A stretch of 64,000 nucleotides of DNA, from contig JAJACQ010000034.1 of NCBI GenBank assembly GCA_022601435.1, positions 28,688-92,687 on the forward strand, read 5' to 3'. Positions 28,650 to 37,534 of the stretch are shown piece by piece. The translations under genes and the position numbers were made by a program. The DNA is from Chlamydiia bacterium. Its GTDB lineage: Bacteria > Chlamydiota > Chlamydiia > Chlamydiales > 2-12-FULL-49-11. Below the pieces are notes generated by a model. The model was not told the origin of the DNA. It saw only the letters and a program-made list of their open reading frames with translations, and searched no databases. How positions within the stretch are numbered: position 1 is the first letter of the stretch; each line of letters begins with the position of its first letter.

Positions 28650-29508
28650 TTAGGTTACCCTGATCACTCATTAAATAGGTTTGCTCTTTATTGAATGATT
28701 GGTTTTGAAAGCTAAGTAATTTTTTATGATCATTCAATAAGGCACTGTCAAGAACCTTATCAAGATCTTTCTTTGCTAATTTGTAATTTTTCTTTCCTGC
28801 ATAGAAAAGCTTTTCTTCTTCTATAAGAACTTGGATAGAGATTTTTTCTAAGAATGCTTTTAAGACAGGAAGAGATAGTGAAGGAAAGCAAAGGGGGGCT
28901 TTATTATTACAGTTTTGAAGCGTTAAATACTGAACAAGAGGCTTTGCTTTATCAATTGATTTATATGAGCCATTACAAAGACTCGTGTAGAGATTTCTGA
29001 AATGAGTATTTGAAAAGGGGATTTTTGAAAGGGATTTTGTTTTTGCAATGCCATCTGTAATTTCTTTTGCAAATGTGTCTAGAAAAGAAGAGCTTATGTC
29101 AAGTTCTCTTTTAAAGATAGGCTCGTCCTTATAAAGTTCATTGAGCAAGTTTTTTAAGGTCTTAGACAGTATATTCTTTTGAATTTGACTATACTTATCA
29201 CTTGTAAGGGGAAATAGATTAAGTTTTGAATTTTCGCTGATCGACTGTCTAGGATTAAAGGGAAGATTTTTTCTTTTTGCTTTACGAAGCTTTTCGTTGT
29301 GGGCAGGATTTTTTTTACTTGCTGCTGATTTTTTTTTAAGTTTTGCAAAATCCTTATCTACTTTTGTGTTTTGAAGTTTTAGTACATTTTCAGTCTTTGT
29401 TTGCAGGGCTATTGATATTGCAGCTGTGGTTTTTAATGAGTTTGACATGGATGTAGAGACTAAAGAAAAGAGTAGAATAAGAAGGGTGGTTAAAAAGATA
29501 AAATTCAT
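28627..29508 (-). CDS. hypothetical membrane-anchored protein, last gene of pseudopilin operon (possibly GspK-like)
   Basis: An N-terminal hydrophobic anchor 'FIFLTTLLILLFSLV'. Its start overlaps the stop of the upstream pseudopilin gene. Size and position are like a large minor pseudopilin. Confidence 0.4.
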   Translation of the reverse strand: MNFIFLTTLLILLFSLVSTSMSNSLKTTAAISIALQTKTENVLKLQNTKVDKDFAKLKKKSAASKKNPAHNEKLRKAKRKNLPFNPRQSISENSKLNLFPLTSDKYSQIQKNILSKTLKNLLNELYKDEPIFKRELDISSSFLDTFAKEITDGIAKTKSLSKIPFSNTHFRNLYTSLCNGSYKSIDKAKPLVQYLTLQNCNNKAPLCFPSLSLPVLKAFLEKISIQVLIEEEKLFYAGKKNYKLAKKDLDKVLDSALLNDHKKLLSFQNQSFNKEQTYLMSDQGNLIISGPPA

Positions 29509-30011
29509 TTTTTTACCTCCTGAGACGGTTTAATAGAAAAAGCATAATTAAAATGTCTCTCATCTGTATCTATAAGATATATATGAAGATGATCGTTTTT
29601 GACTTCATATCTAAAAGAAGAAATATGCGATAAAAAAATTCTGGAAAGCTCTTTTTTGGATGAGATGATTTTGTAGATAAGTTCATTTTCATGTGTTCTA
29701 AAGAGCTCACAGCTACATTTACCAGAAAAAAAAGGGCTATCTTTAAAGCCATTATCAAAAGTAAAAGATAGAAATTCATTATAATCTAAGGATTGATCTT
29801 TTATAGAAGTGCTATCTAATGACAGGGTCATATCAGTCATCTTATCAAAGAAGAAAGCTCTTTCTAATACATAAGGTCTTATGTCAGTAATACGTGTTTT
29901 AAGCTTTTGATATCTGAAGAAAAGTGACGTTGTAGAGAAGATTAAAATTGCAAACAAGGATGTTGCGATGATGATCTCGATAAGAGTAAACCCAAAACAT
30001 TTTTTTATCAT
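29505..30011 (-). CDS. type II secretion/type IV pilin-like pseudopilin
   Basis: A canonical prepilin signal 'MIKKCFG|FTLIEIIIATSLFAILIF' with G-1, F+1 and E+5. Confidence 0.75.
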   Translation of the reverse strand: MIKKCFGFTLIEIIIATSLFAILIFSTTSLFFRYQKLKTRITDIRPYVLERAFFFDKMTDMTLSLDSTSIKDQSLDYNEFLSFTFDNGFKDSPFFSGKCSCELFRTHENELIYKIISSKKELSRIFLSHISSFRYEVKNDHLHIYLIDTDERHFNYAFSIKPSQEVKK

Positions 30012-30164
30012 GATTTTTTTACTTTTATATACTTAACAGGTGAGTATTTGGTTGCGGATACATGATTTAGGTTGTTTATAGGAATATTTTTTTTAAATGC
30101 TCTAGGATCTATATGGACAAATTTAGAATTATTATTATTATTAGAGTACTTAAAAAGAAAAGGT

Positions 30165-30575
30165 TTAAATTGCATGATTATCCTTTGATTGTTTAATGAT
30201 TCGTTTTTTTTGAAAGACCTCTTCGCAATGAGGTGATTTTAAAGTTAATGTGACAATTGCTTTTTTATATATCTTAGAAGTTTTAAGGCTGATATATTTA
30301 ATTGAAAATTTTCTTTTGATATTTAATGTGTCTTTTTTTCCATATGGGATTGTCAAATTTGAGAGTTTATAGTTTTTTTCAGTACTTATATTTTCAAAAA
30401 TTTCTGAAAAACTTTGATTCACATATGGTTTCATTTCTAAAGATTCTAAAAACCCAAGCTCTTTCTTAAAATTCCTATAGGGGTATGAGGAAAACGGTAA
30501 GATTGAGAAGGATAGAAGTAAAAAAGAAATTAACACTTCTAAAATAAGGAAATTAAAAGTTCTTTTTTTGATCAT
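30165..30575 (-). CDS. pseudopilin-like protein with degenerate prepilin signal
   Basis: 'MIKKRTFN|FLILEVLISFLLLSF' keeps F+1 and E+5 but has N instead of G at -1. Confidence 0.55.
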   Translation of the reverse strand: MIKKRTFNFLILEVLISFLLLSFSILPFSSYPYRNFKKELGFLESLEMKPYVNQSFSEIFENISTEKNYKLSNLTIPYGKKDTLNIKRKFSIKYISLKTSKIYKKAIVTLTLKSPHCEEVFQKKRIIKQSKDNHAI

Positions 30576-30685
30576 AATAGAAACTCTGAAATCTGTTTAA
30601 TATCAATGATATTCGAATTTAGGATTGAAGAAAATGAATAAATACTATAAACCTAATTCAAGTTAATTGTAAAAAAAAGAAGGGC

Positions 30686-31630
30686 ATGCTTTTTTCTGGT
30701 AGAGCATATTACAATCTTCTCTGGTTAGAGAGGGGGCGAGGCAAATTGATTCCTGCAGAAGAGTGGGAATATCTCGATTATAGAGAGATTGAAACCTCAG
30801 TACTTTTTAAAATGATGCATCAATATGAAATAGTATTTGATACTGAATCTTTTATTGAATATTGTGATGAACTTGATTCTCCTGAAGATTTTCCTGAAAC
30901 GTTGCAATTAAATGAAGAGGATAAAAGAAAGGTTTACTTGATTGCTTTTGAGCTTTGGCGACGTCTTTTGCCGAAAGAGTCAATCTCAGTTTTTTGTGAT
31001 GAACTTGATTATACAATAGCATCCTATGAAAAAGATAAAAATTCAAATAGGCTTTTGTTTTTACTTCAAAAGATGAGGGATATTTTAGATCAAAATGTAG
31101 CTTTTGATGAAGACCCCCAAGTTATTTTTAAACGCTTGTGCCTTTATGTTGCTCATGATCTAGAAAATGTTATCTATACTTACATAAACTCTCAACTAGG
31201 TGAATCACAAGATCCTTATGTCGACCTTCTAGATTCTTTTATGCCATACGTAAAAGAAAAAAGAGCTTTGCTTTTTTTAAAGTTGAAAAGTATTAACGAT
31301 GTTTTTGAAGAAAAAGACTGTTTAATGGAATATTTATGTGGCTCATTGCAAGAATCAGTCAATTTCTCACTCTCAGTGGCGATGCTGTTTTTCTTAATTG
31401 AGAAAAATAAAGATGAGCTCTTTAAAGAACTTTTTTCTTTCTTAGTCACTGAAATTAAAGAAGAAAAGCTTCTTGTAACTTTATTAGATGTACTAATTGC
31501 CTACCACCAACAAATGGGGCACAAAGATATGAAAGAACAAGTTTCTGAATTTTTACAAAAAAAGCTTAAAAGCAATAGAAAAACAAAGCTTACAAAAGTT
31601 CAGAAAAATAAAGTACTTTCATTCTTATAA
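30686..31630 (+). CDS. hypothetical protein (helical, acidic)
   Basis: A 314-aa ORF divergent from the pseudopilin operon. No motif recognised. Confidence 0.55.
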   Translation: MLFSGRAYYNLLWLERGRGKLIPAEEWEYLDYREIETSVLFKMMHQYEIVFDTESFIEYCDELDSPEDFPETLQLNEEDKRKVYLIAFELWRRLLPKESISVFCDELDYTIASYEKDKNSNRLLFLLQKMRDILDQNVAFDEDPQVIFKRLCLYVAHDLENVIYTYINSQLGESQDPYVDLLDSFMPYVKEKRALLFLKLKSINDVFEEKDCLMEYLCGSLQESVNFSLSVAMLFFLIEKNKDELFKELFSFLVTEIKEEKLLVTLLDVLIAYHQQMGHKDMKEQVSEFLQKKLKSNRKTKLTKVQKNKVLSFL

Positions 31631-32380
31631 AAGTTGAATAGGACAAAAATTTAAATAATCACACGCCGTACACAAATAGCGCGTGCCGTCTTTTTCAAAA
31701 TTTACAGGTGCATCAGGAAACAAATTGTGCAAATGGCCATATATACAAAAATCAATACTATAGTCCTTAATAAGTCTAGAAAACTCATTGTCAGATCTAT
31801 CTGGAGGGATAGGGGGGTAATGTATCATTAGGATCTTGTGCTTTGCGTTGTGATCCATCGCATCTAAACTTCGAGCTAATCTATCAAGCTCATTATTAAA
31901 GATTCTTGTGTCATGACGCACAGTATCATCATCATACTGCTTCTTCTTAATGTTAACCCCGTCTATCTCTTTCATATCGATAAACTTATAATAGTTCAGA
32001 TCAGGATGATCCCATAATCGGGTGCCGCCAATTGTTATATCATCTATTGTAATAGCGTCATTATTAATAATTTGAATAGATGGAGGTAAAAGCTTGCGAA
32101 CCTTAGAAGGTGACTTCCACCAAAGGTCGTGATTCCCCTTGCTCATAATTTTTTTTCCAGGAAGCGACTCAATCCAATTAAGATCCGGCATCAGCTGATC
32201 AGCTTTTAATGCCCAGCTAATATCACCACATATCAAAACAAGGTCCTCAGCTGCAACCAGCTGCTCCCATTGTTCCTTAATTTTTTCAGGGTGATTAAGC
32301 CATTTGTCTCCGAATACGTCCATTTTTTTATTAGGAGTACCAAAGGACAAGTGCAGATCACCCAATGCCCACACTCTCAT
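31625..32380 (-). CDS. calcineurin-like metallophosphoesterase
   Basis: The motifs 'GDLHL', 'GDISW', 'GNHD', 'IHYPP' and 'GHLHN' occur in canonical order. Confidence 0.85.
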   Translation of the reverse strand: MRVWALGDLHLSFGTPNKKMDVFGDKWLNHPEKIKEQWEQLVAAEDLVLICGDISWALKADQLMPDLNWIESLPGKKIMSKGNHDLWWKSPSKVRKLLPPSIQIINNDAITIDDITIGGTRLWDHPDLNYYKFIDMKEIDGVNIKKKQYDDDTVRHDTRIFNNELDRLARSLDAMDHNAKHKILMIHYPPIPPDRSDNEFSRLIKDYSIDFCIYGHLHNLFPDAPVNFEKDGTRYLCTACDYLNFCPIQLL

Positions 32381-32392
32381 AGTTACAGCATA

Positions 32393-32442
32393 GGTCGGAA
32401 GGTAAATTTATTTAAAGTATTAAATAAATTTACTTTCCGACC
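32393..32442. repeat. 50-nt near-perfect palindrome (23-bp stem, 4-nt loop)
   Basis: GGTCGGAAGGTAAATTTATTTAA-agta-TTAAATAAATTTACTTTCCGACC has 22 Watson-Crick pairs plus one G.T. It starts 13 nt upstream of the phosphoesterase ATG on the minus strand. Confidence 0.9.
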
Positions 32443-32462
32443 GTTGGGGGGTGGGGGCGTCT

Positions 32463-32562
32463 TTTGGCGTCTTTTTTTTATCTCAGCCTTGCAGGTACTA
32501 CCTGTACATGCTGCGGCCGAGATAAAAAAATTCATCCAAAATACATCCCCCTTAATCCCTAT
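32463..32562. repeat. third copy of the intergenic element family (conserved ends, different hairpin core)
   Basis: The ends are shared with 13946-14114: TTTTGGCG ... TCATCCAAAATACAnCCCnCTT. The core forms TTTTTTATCTCAGCC/GGCCGAGATAAAAAA (15 bp, 1 mismatch). The central CAGG(TACTA)CCTG corresponds to CGAG(TACCA)CTCG in the other copies. Confidence 0.75.
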
Positions 32563-32772
32563 TCTAGAATTAATCAAACAACATGAAAATAAAATGAGTT
32601 ATGAGTTAAAAGGGTGGGTCAGTTTTGTAACCAGAGTATCCTTTGGTTCGCATGGCCCACACTCATATTATATGAATGATGTACTATTTACAGATAAGAG
32701 TCTTATATTCATGCACTATCTATACTTATTTTATTTTTTGCGTGTACGCAAAAAATCAAACATGGGTTTAGA

Positions 32773-32814
32773 AAGGGTCTTTGACCCTTCTCAGGGTTTG
32801 GGACAGCGTCCCAA
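32773..32814 (-). terminator. two adjacent 7-bp stem-loops just after the glgC stop (putative terminator)
   Basis: AAGGGTC-ttt-GACCCTT at 32773-32789 and TTGGGAC-agc-GTCCCAA at 32798-32814. The glgC stop codon is at 32819-32821. There is no long U-tract. Confidence 0.4.
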
Positions 32815-32818
32815 GAAC

Positions 32819-34054
32819 CTATGCAGATAAGCGTTGCTTATTTTCGACAATAGAAAAATTCTTTGGAACGGTGGCGCCCTGCTTGACGATGATGATCCCG
32901 TCCTTTATCATGACGGGTCCGAGGTCGGTATCGGGAAGGGGTGTACCGTGTAAAGAGAGGTCTGCTCCTGATTCTATGGTAGCATTTTCATCTACGATGA
33001 CTTTTTCTAAGAAGCAATTTTGTCCTATGTATGACATCCCATCTTTTGAAATTGTTCCGAGACTTAATACTCCTGTAAGAATCGATCCTTCTCCAATCGA
33101 GGTGTTTAACCCGATAAGCGAGTGAGATATCTGCTTTGCTTTTATAATACAACCATCTGTAATTACTGACTTATCTATGAGACAATTTTCTATCATCGCA
33201 GGTGGTAGGGTTGATGCATCTGTGTGTAGGGCTTTTTCTTTATTAAATATATTTAGTGAGGCACTACTTTCTAAAAGCTTTAGGTTTGCCTTGTAATAGG
33301 ATTTAATTGTTCCAATGTCTTCCCAATAGCCATCAAATATGTAGGCATATGTATTCTTTTTTGACAGTTGCCTTGGGATAATATGCATTCCAAAGTCTAT
33401 ACCCTTATCTTCTTCTAATAAAGCGATCAAAGCTTCTTTCTTAAAGATATATATCCCCATTGAGCCTAAAAATATCCGCTCATTTATCTCATGAATCTTA
33501 CTGGACTGATTACGCGATAGAGAAAATCTTTGTAAGAGACTTTCTTCTTGAGGTTTTTCTTTGAAATCGATGATTTCTTTCTTATCATCAATCTTCATTA
33601 CACCCATTCTTGTTGCTTCTTCCTCATCTATCGGAAGTGTAGCTATTAATAGATCGCAATCTTTTTCTTGAGCGTCCATGAGCATCTCATCTAAATCCAT
33701 GGAATAGAGTTGATCTCCTGATAAGATGATCACATGATCTGCCTTTGTCTTTTTTAAAAGATCTAAATTCTTTCTAATTGAATCTGCTGTCCCTTCATAC
33801 TGACTCTCTTTTCCTGTTAATACAGAAACACTTTCACCATAGGCTTTTTTGATATAGTCATTTAAAGAAGAGCTTAAATATTGTGTTACAGCATAGATGT
33901 GCTTAAAATCTTTCTTTAAAGCATTAGAAAGTGCAATGTCTATAAGACGATAGCGCCCTGCAAATGGCACGGCAGGCTTGCATCTATGTGAAGTTAAAGG
34001 AGATAACCTAGTTCCTTCACCGCCGGCAAGAACAAATATGATCGGTTCAGACAT
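32819..34054 (-). CDS. glgC: glucose-1-phosphate adenylyltransferase
   Basis: 'LAGGEGTRLSPLTSHRCKPAVPFAGRYRLIDIALSN' and a C-terminal left-handed beta-helix region. Confidence 0.9.
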   Translation of the reverse strand: MSEPIIFVLAGGEGTRLSPLTSHRCKPAVPFAGRYRLIDIALSNALKKDFKHIYAVTQYLSSSLNDYIKKAYGESVSVLTGKESQYEGTADSIRKNLDLLKKTKADHVIILSGDQLYSMDLDEMLMDAQEKDCDLLIATLPIDEEEATRMGVMKIDDKKEIIDFKEKPQEESLLQRFSLSRNQSSKIHEINERIFLGSMGIYIFKKEALIALLEEDKGIDFGMHIIPRQLSKKNTYAYIFDGYWEDIGTIKSYYKANLKLLESSASLNIFNKEKALHTDASTLPPAMIENCLIDKSVITDGCIIKAKQISHSLIGLNTSIGEGSILTGVLSLGTISKDGMSYIGQNCFLEKVIVDENATIESGADLSLHGTPLPDTDLGPVMIKDGIIIVKQGATVPKNFSIVENKQRLSA

Positions 34055-34111
34055 AAAGACTTAATTTATTTAGTTAACATACTCTTTACATAACAGAGGG
34101 TTTGACTAAGA

Positions 34112-35059
34112 TCAAGCACTATTCTTCCAAAAAGAGATAATCAACTGCATTTCATCTATAAGATTCTTGCTTATATTTTGACTTTTAGATAGTTGAATAA
34201 AAGAATTTCTGTCTTCTTCTGTTTCTAAACCTTCACATATACATATTAAATATGAGACAAAACTTTCGTGTTTAAAAGTCTCTTTTTTGCCAAGCTGATA
34301 AAGCGCTAATTTTGCTGTTTCATCTGATATAGGAAAAGAGGCAAGGGCCATTGCTGCTATATAGTTGTCATTTGTATAAGGCGCTGCTTTTAAACGATCT
34401 GCTAGAAACTGTTCTGCATGTGAACCTAAAGAGGTGATCGCTTCTAAAATAGCTTCATCTACTACAAAACTTTTTCCTAACGCTTGAAATAAAAAAGGAA
34501 CGACATCTGGATTCTTTAAATCTTTTAGACATAAAGCTGCATTAATAGGAGCTCTTCCGTAGCCAGGATTAAGGGTGTTATAGAAATAATCTTGGAGTAA
34601 AATCTCACTTAAAGGCTTCACTGCTTGGTCTTCAAATTTAGCAAGCTCTTTGATTTCTTCTTCAGGATGATACTCTTCTGATAAAATTAGATCAGCAATT
34701 TTATGGGGCAGAATTTCATCTTCTTGTTCATAACAATTCTTAAATTTAGTGTAGAGATCTTTTGAAAAAATTACTTCAGATTTTGCCATCTCAGGTAACA
34801 CCTCATTTGATAGATGACCTTCCTTATCAAATGCTTGAAGCTCTTTTATCCGATCGATATCGAATTCTTCTTGAACTCCTACTCCATCTTGCTCGTAATA
34901 ATCTATCATTGTTTCAAAGCTACCTCCAAAATGGGCATCTTTGTGCATTAATATCTCTAAATCAATAGTATTTAATAAAGGGTGATCTTCCATGGAAATA
35001 ATATACCTTAAATAGTCTTTTTTGTACCTAAATAAGTACCTTAAAGAATTTATTTGCAA
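34112..35059 (-). CDS. hypothetical protein (helical-repeat/HEAT-like C-terminal half)
   Basis: The ORF follows lipA in the same operon. The listed start overlaps lipA by 10 nt. An alternative ATG at 34993 ('MEDHPLL') is possible. Confidence 0.55.
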   Translation of the reverse strand: MQINSLRYLFRYKKDYLRYIISMEDHPLLNTIDLEILMHKDAHFGGSFETMIDYYEQDGVGVQEEFDIDRIKELQAFDKEGHLSNEVLPEMAKSEVIFSKDLYTKFKNCYEQEDEILPHKIADLILSEEYHPEEEIKELAKFEDQAVKPLSEILLQDYFYNTLNPGYGRAPINAALCLKDLKNPDVVPFLFQALGKSFVVDEAILEAITSLGSHAEQFLADRLKAAPYTNDNYIAAMALASFPISDETAKLALYQLGKKETFKHESFVSYLICICEGLETEEDRNSFIQLSKSQNISKNLIDEMQLIISFWKNSA

Positions 35060-35964
35060 GTACTATGTTTCTTTTTTAGATCTTCAAAAACAGCAGAAGC
35101 ATTGTAGCTAGAACGAACATAAGGGCCTGAATAAACATAAGGAATGCCGATTTTTTCACCTGTTGTTTTCCAAAACATAAATTTTTCAGGTGTGACATAC
35201 TCTTTTACGACTAACTTCTTGCGCGATGGTCGCATATATTGTCCCATTGTAACAATATTAACTCCTAGAGACTGTAGATCCTTTAGAGCCTGTTTAATCT
35301 CTTCATCATCCTCTCCTAAACCGAGCATAATACCTGATTTGATGAAACTATTAGGAAGCATTTTTTTTGCATGCTTTAAGATGAAAAGGGTGCGATCATA
35401 AGTTGCCTTATGACGTACTCTTGGTGTAAGTCTTCTAACAGTTTCGAGATTATAATTAAAGATCTCCGGCTTTTCATTTAAGATCATTTCTAAAGCATCA
35501 ATATTACCATGAAAGTCTGAGGTAAGAACTTCTATAGTAGTGTTAGGGTTCATTTTGCGGATCTCTCGGATGGTATCTACAATCGATGAGGCTCCACCAT
35601 CGTTTAAATCATCTCTTGCAACTTGAGTTAATACAGCATGCTTTAAACCTAAAGTCTTAACCGATTCTGCCACTTTTTTCCCTTCACAAGGATCAAGAGC
35701 AGGGGGAGCTTTTGAAAAGCCAATCTCACAAAATCCGCACGCCCTTGTACAAATACTTCCGAGTAAAAGAAACGTCGCTGTTTTTTTGCTATAACACTCA
35801 AAACGGTTTGGACACTTTGCTTCTTCGCAGACTGTGGAAAGCATCTTTTCATTTATTAAGTTATCTGTCACAGAGTATTGCTCTTTATTAGGGAGCTTTC
35901 GATGTAGCCATGATGGGAGTGTTTTTTTTTGATCTATAATTTGAAGAGGATTATCTTTTGTCAT
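35050..35964 (-). CDS. lipA: lipoyl synthase
   Basis: Two Cys clusters, 'CEEAKCPNRFEC' and 'CTRACGFCEI' (radical SAM). Confidence 0.95.
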   Translation of the reverse strand: MTKDNPLQIIDQKKTLPSWLHRKLPNKEQYSVTDNLINEKMLSTVCEEAKCPNRFECYSKKTATFLLLGSICTRACGFCEIGFSKAPPALDPCEGKKVAESVKTLGLKHAVLTQVARDDLNDGGASSIVDTIREIRKMNPNTTIEVLTSDFHGNIDALEMILNEKPEIFNYNLETVRRLTPRVRHKATYDRTLFILKHAKKMLPNSFIKSGIMLGLGEDDEEIKQALKDLQSLGVNIVTMGQYMRPSRKKLVVKEYVTPEKFMFWKTTGEKIGIPYVYSGPYVRSSYNASAVFEDLKKKHSTCK

Positions 35965-37347
35965 TTAGCCTCGTTTTGGAAGATGGAGAGGATGCCCAAG
36001 TCCTAGCTCTGCGGCTTCTGCCCAACTTTCTGCCATTGTTGGGTGAGCGTGAATTGTTTCTGCAACTGCTTCTAATGTAAGTTCTTGTTTTTGAGCTAAA
36101 GCAATTTCTGCAATTAATATTGAAGCGCCATCTCCGAGTGCTATTCCACCTAAAATTTCTTTATGCTTTTCACCATAGATGATTTCTACAAAGCCGTCTT
36201 CTTTTTGAGTGGCCTTTGCTTTTCCTAGTGCTGCAAAAGGAAATAATGCCGACTTGACTTTGATGCCCTGCTTTTTTGCTTCCTCTAAAGTAAGACCTAC
36301 ACTTGCAATTTCTGGATCTGTAAAAATGACTGCTGGTATACATGAATAATCAGCTACTTTTGAATGACCAGCTATATTTTCTGCTGCAACAATTCCTTGA
36401 TATGAAGCTGTATGCGCAAGCATTGATTTACCTGTTACATCGCCAATTGCATAAACTCCAGGAACACTTGTTTCTAATTTATCGTTAACTTCAATAAAAC
36501 CACGTTTGTCAGTTCCTAATCCAATGGCATCAAGATGCAATCGATCTGTAAAAGGCTTTCTACCTGTGGAAACAAGAAGAGAGTCTCCTGTTATTGTTGT
36601 GCCATCATTTAGTGTGCAAGTAACAGAGTCATCACGGCTTTCAACTTTTTCTACACCTTTTTGAAGAATAAGATCAATTCCTTTTTCTTTAAATTTCGAA
36701 GTTAAAGTATCGGCAATGCGTGATCCTTGTGTAATAACAAGCTTTTCAAACATCTCAACAATCGTAACTTTTGACCCGAGCTCATTAAAAAGTGAAGCAA
36801 ACTCACATCCTATGTATCCTCCACCAATGATGATAAGACTCTTAGGCACTTTTATAATATCTAAAATAGAAGTAGAATCATGAATTAAGCATTTATCAAC
36901 CTTTGCCATGGGAAGTGTTGCTGGTATAGATCCTGTGGCTATGATTGTGTTTTTAGTCTCTAAAGTTTTTGATTCATGACCCTTAACTTTGATTTTATTA
37001 GCAGATATAAAGCTTGCAATGCCCTCAAATTGGTCCACTCCTGCAGCAGTTAATAAGCCACTAACCCCTCCAGATAATTGTGCGACTACATCATCTTTTT
37101 TGCTCTTCATCTTGCCATAGTCAAATGAAAACCCACCAATTTCAATCCCAAAATCCTGGCAGTTTTTAATCGTTTTTAAGACAGATGCATGGGCAAGAAG
37201 GGTCTTGGTGGGAATGCAACCCCTGACTAAGCAAGTGCCTCCTAATTGATCCTTCTCAATAATAGCTGTTTTTAATCCAAGGTGAGCTGCTTTTATTGCC
37301 GCTACATAGCCCCCTGGACCGCCCCCTATGACCACTAAATCGTACAT
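35965..37347 (-). CDS. lpdA: dihydrolipoyl dehydrogenase
   Basis: FAD motif 'VIGGGPGGYVAA', redox disulfide 'GGTCLVRGCIPTK' and C-terminal 'HAHPT'. Confidence 0.95.
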   Translation of the reverse strand: MYDLVVIGGGPGGYVAAIKAAHLGLKTAIIEKDQLGGTCLVRGCIPTKTLLAHASVLKTIKNCQDFGIEIGGFSFDYGKMKSKKDDVVAQLSGGVSGLLTAAGVDQFEGIASFISANKIKVKGHESKTLETKNTIIATGSIPATLPMAKVDKCLIHDSTSILDIIKVPKSLIIIGGGYIGCEFASLFNELGSKVTIVEMFEKLVITQGSRIADTLTSKFKEKGIDLILQKGVEKVESRDDSVTCTLNDGTTITGDSLLVSTGRKPFTDRLHLDAIGLGTDKRGFIEVNDKLETSVPGVYAIGDVTGKSMLAHTASYQGIVAAENIAGHSKVADYSCIPAVIFTDPEIASVGLTLEEAKKQGIKVKSALFPFAALGKAKATQKEDGFVEIIYGEKHKEILGGIALGDGASILIAEIALAQKQELTLEAVAETIHAHPTMAESWAEAAELGLGHPLHLPKRG

Positions 37348-37491
37348 ATCCGAATAGTATCATAAAACCTTTTTAAGGGGTTAAATTTGATCTTTTTTTT
37401 ATAGATTTCTCTTCAATCTCATAACTGCCTGACTGTTAGAAGGATGCAAAATGAAGGTTTAAAATAATATCTTTAAAATTAAGTAATTTTA

Positions 37492-37500
37492 TGTTATAAT
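37492..37500 (+). promoter_or_regulatory. extended -10 promoter element TGtTATAAT
   Basis: TGTTATAAT lies 35 nt upstream of the ATG at 37535. TTTAAA sits at the -35 position (37472-37477, 17-nt spacer). Confidence 0.4.
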
Positions 37501-37534
37501 TATACTATAATAAAACTAAAAAAAGGGATAAATT

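Noticed and set aside
30599-30613. 15-nt perfect palindrome AATATCAATGATATT in the divergent promoter region; similar AT-rich palindromes at 38241-38257 (AATTGAAAATTTCAATT) and 1729-1747 (AGAATTTT-TTC-AAAATTCT)
   Set aside because: Seven- to eight-bp A/T-rich arms are expected by chance several times in 64 kb of this composition. There are no repeats of the same motif elsewhere in the window.
32446-32457. GGGGGGTGGGGG as a G-quadruplex
   Set aside because: There are only two G-runs with a 1-nt spacer, which is not enough tracts or loops for an intramolecular G4. It is kept only as part of the composite element.
32270-32830. 186-aa plus-strand ORF and 64-aa minus-strand ORF (32383-32577) spanning the intergenic region
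   Set aside because: They run through the 50-nt palindrome, the G-run and the repeat-family element, and overlap the phosphoesterase 5' end. The sequence is better explained as structured non-coding DNA.
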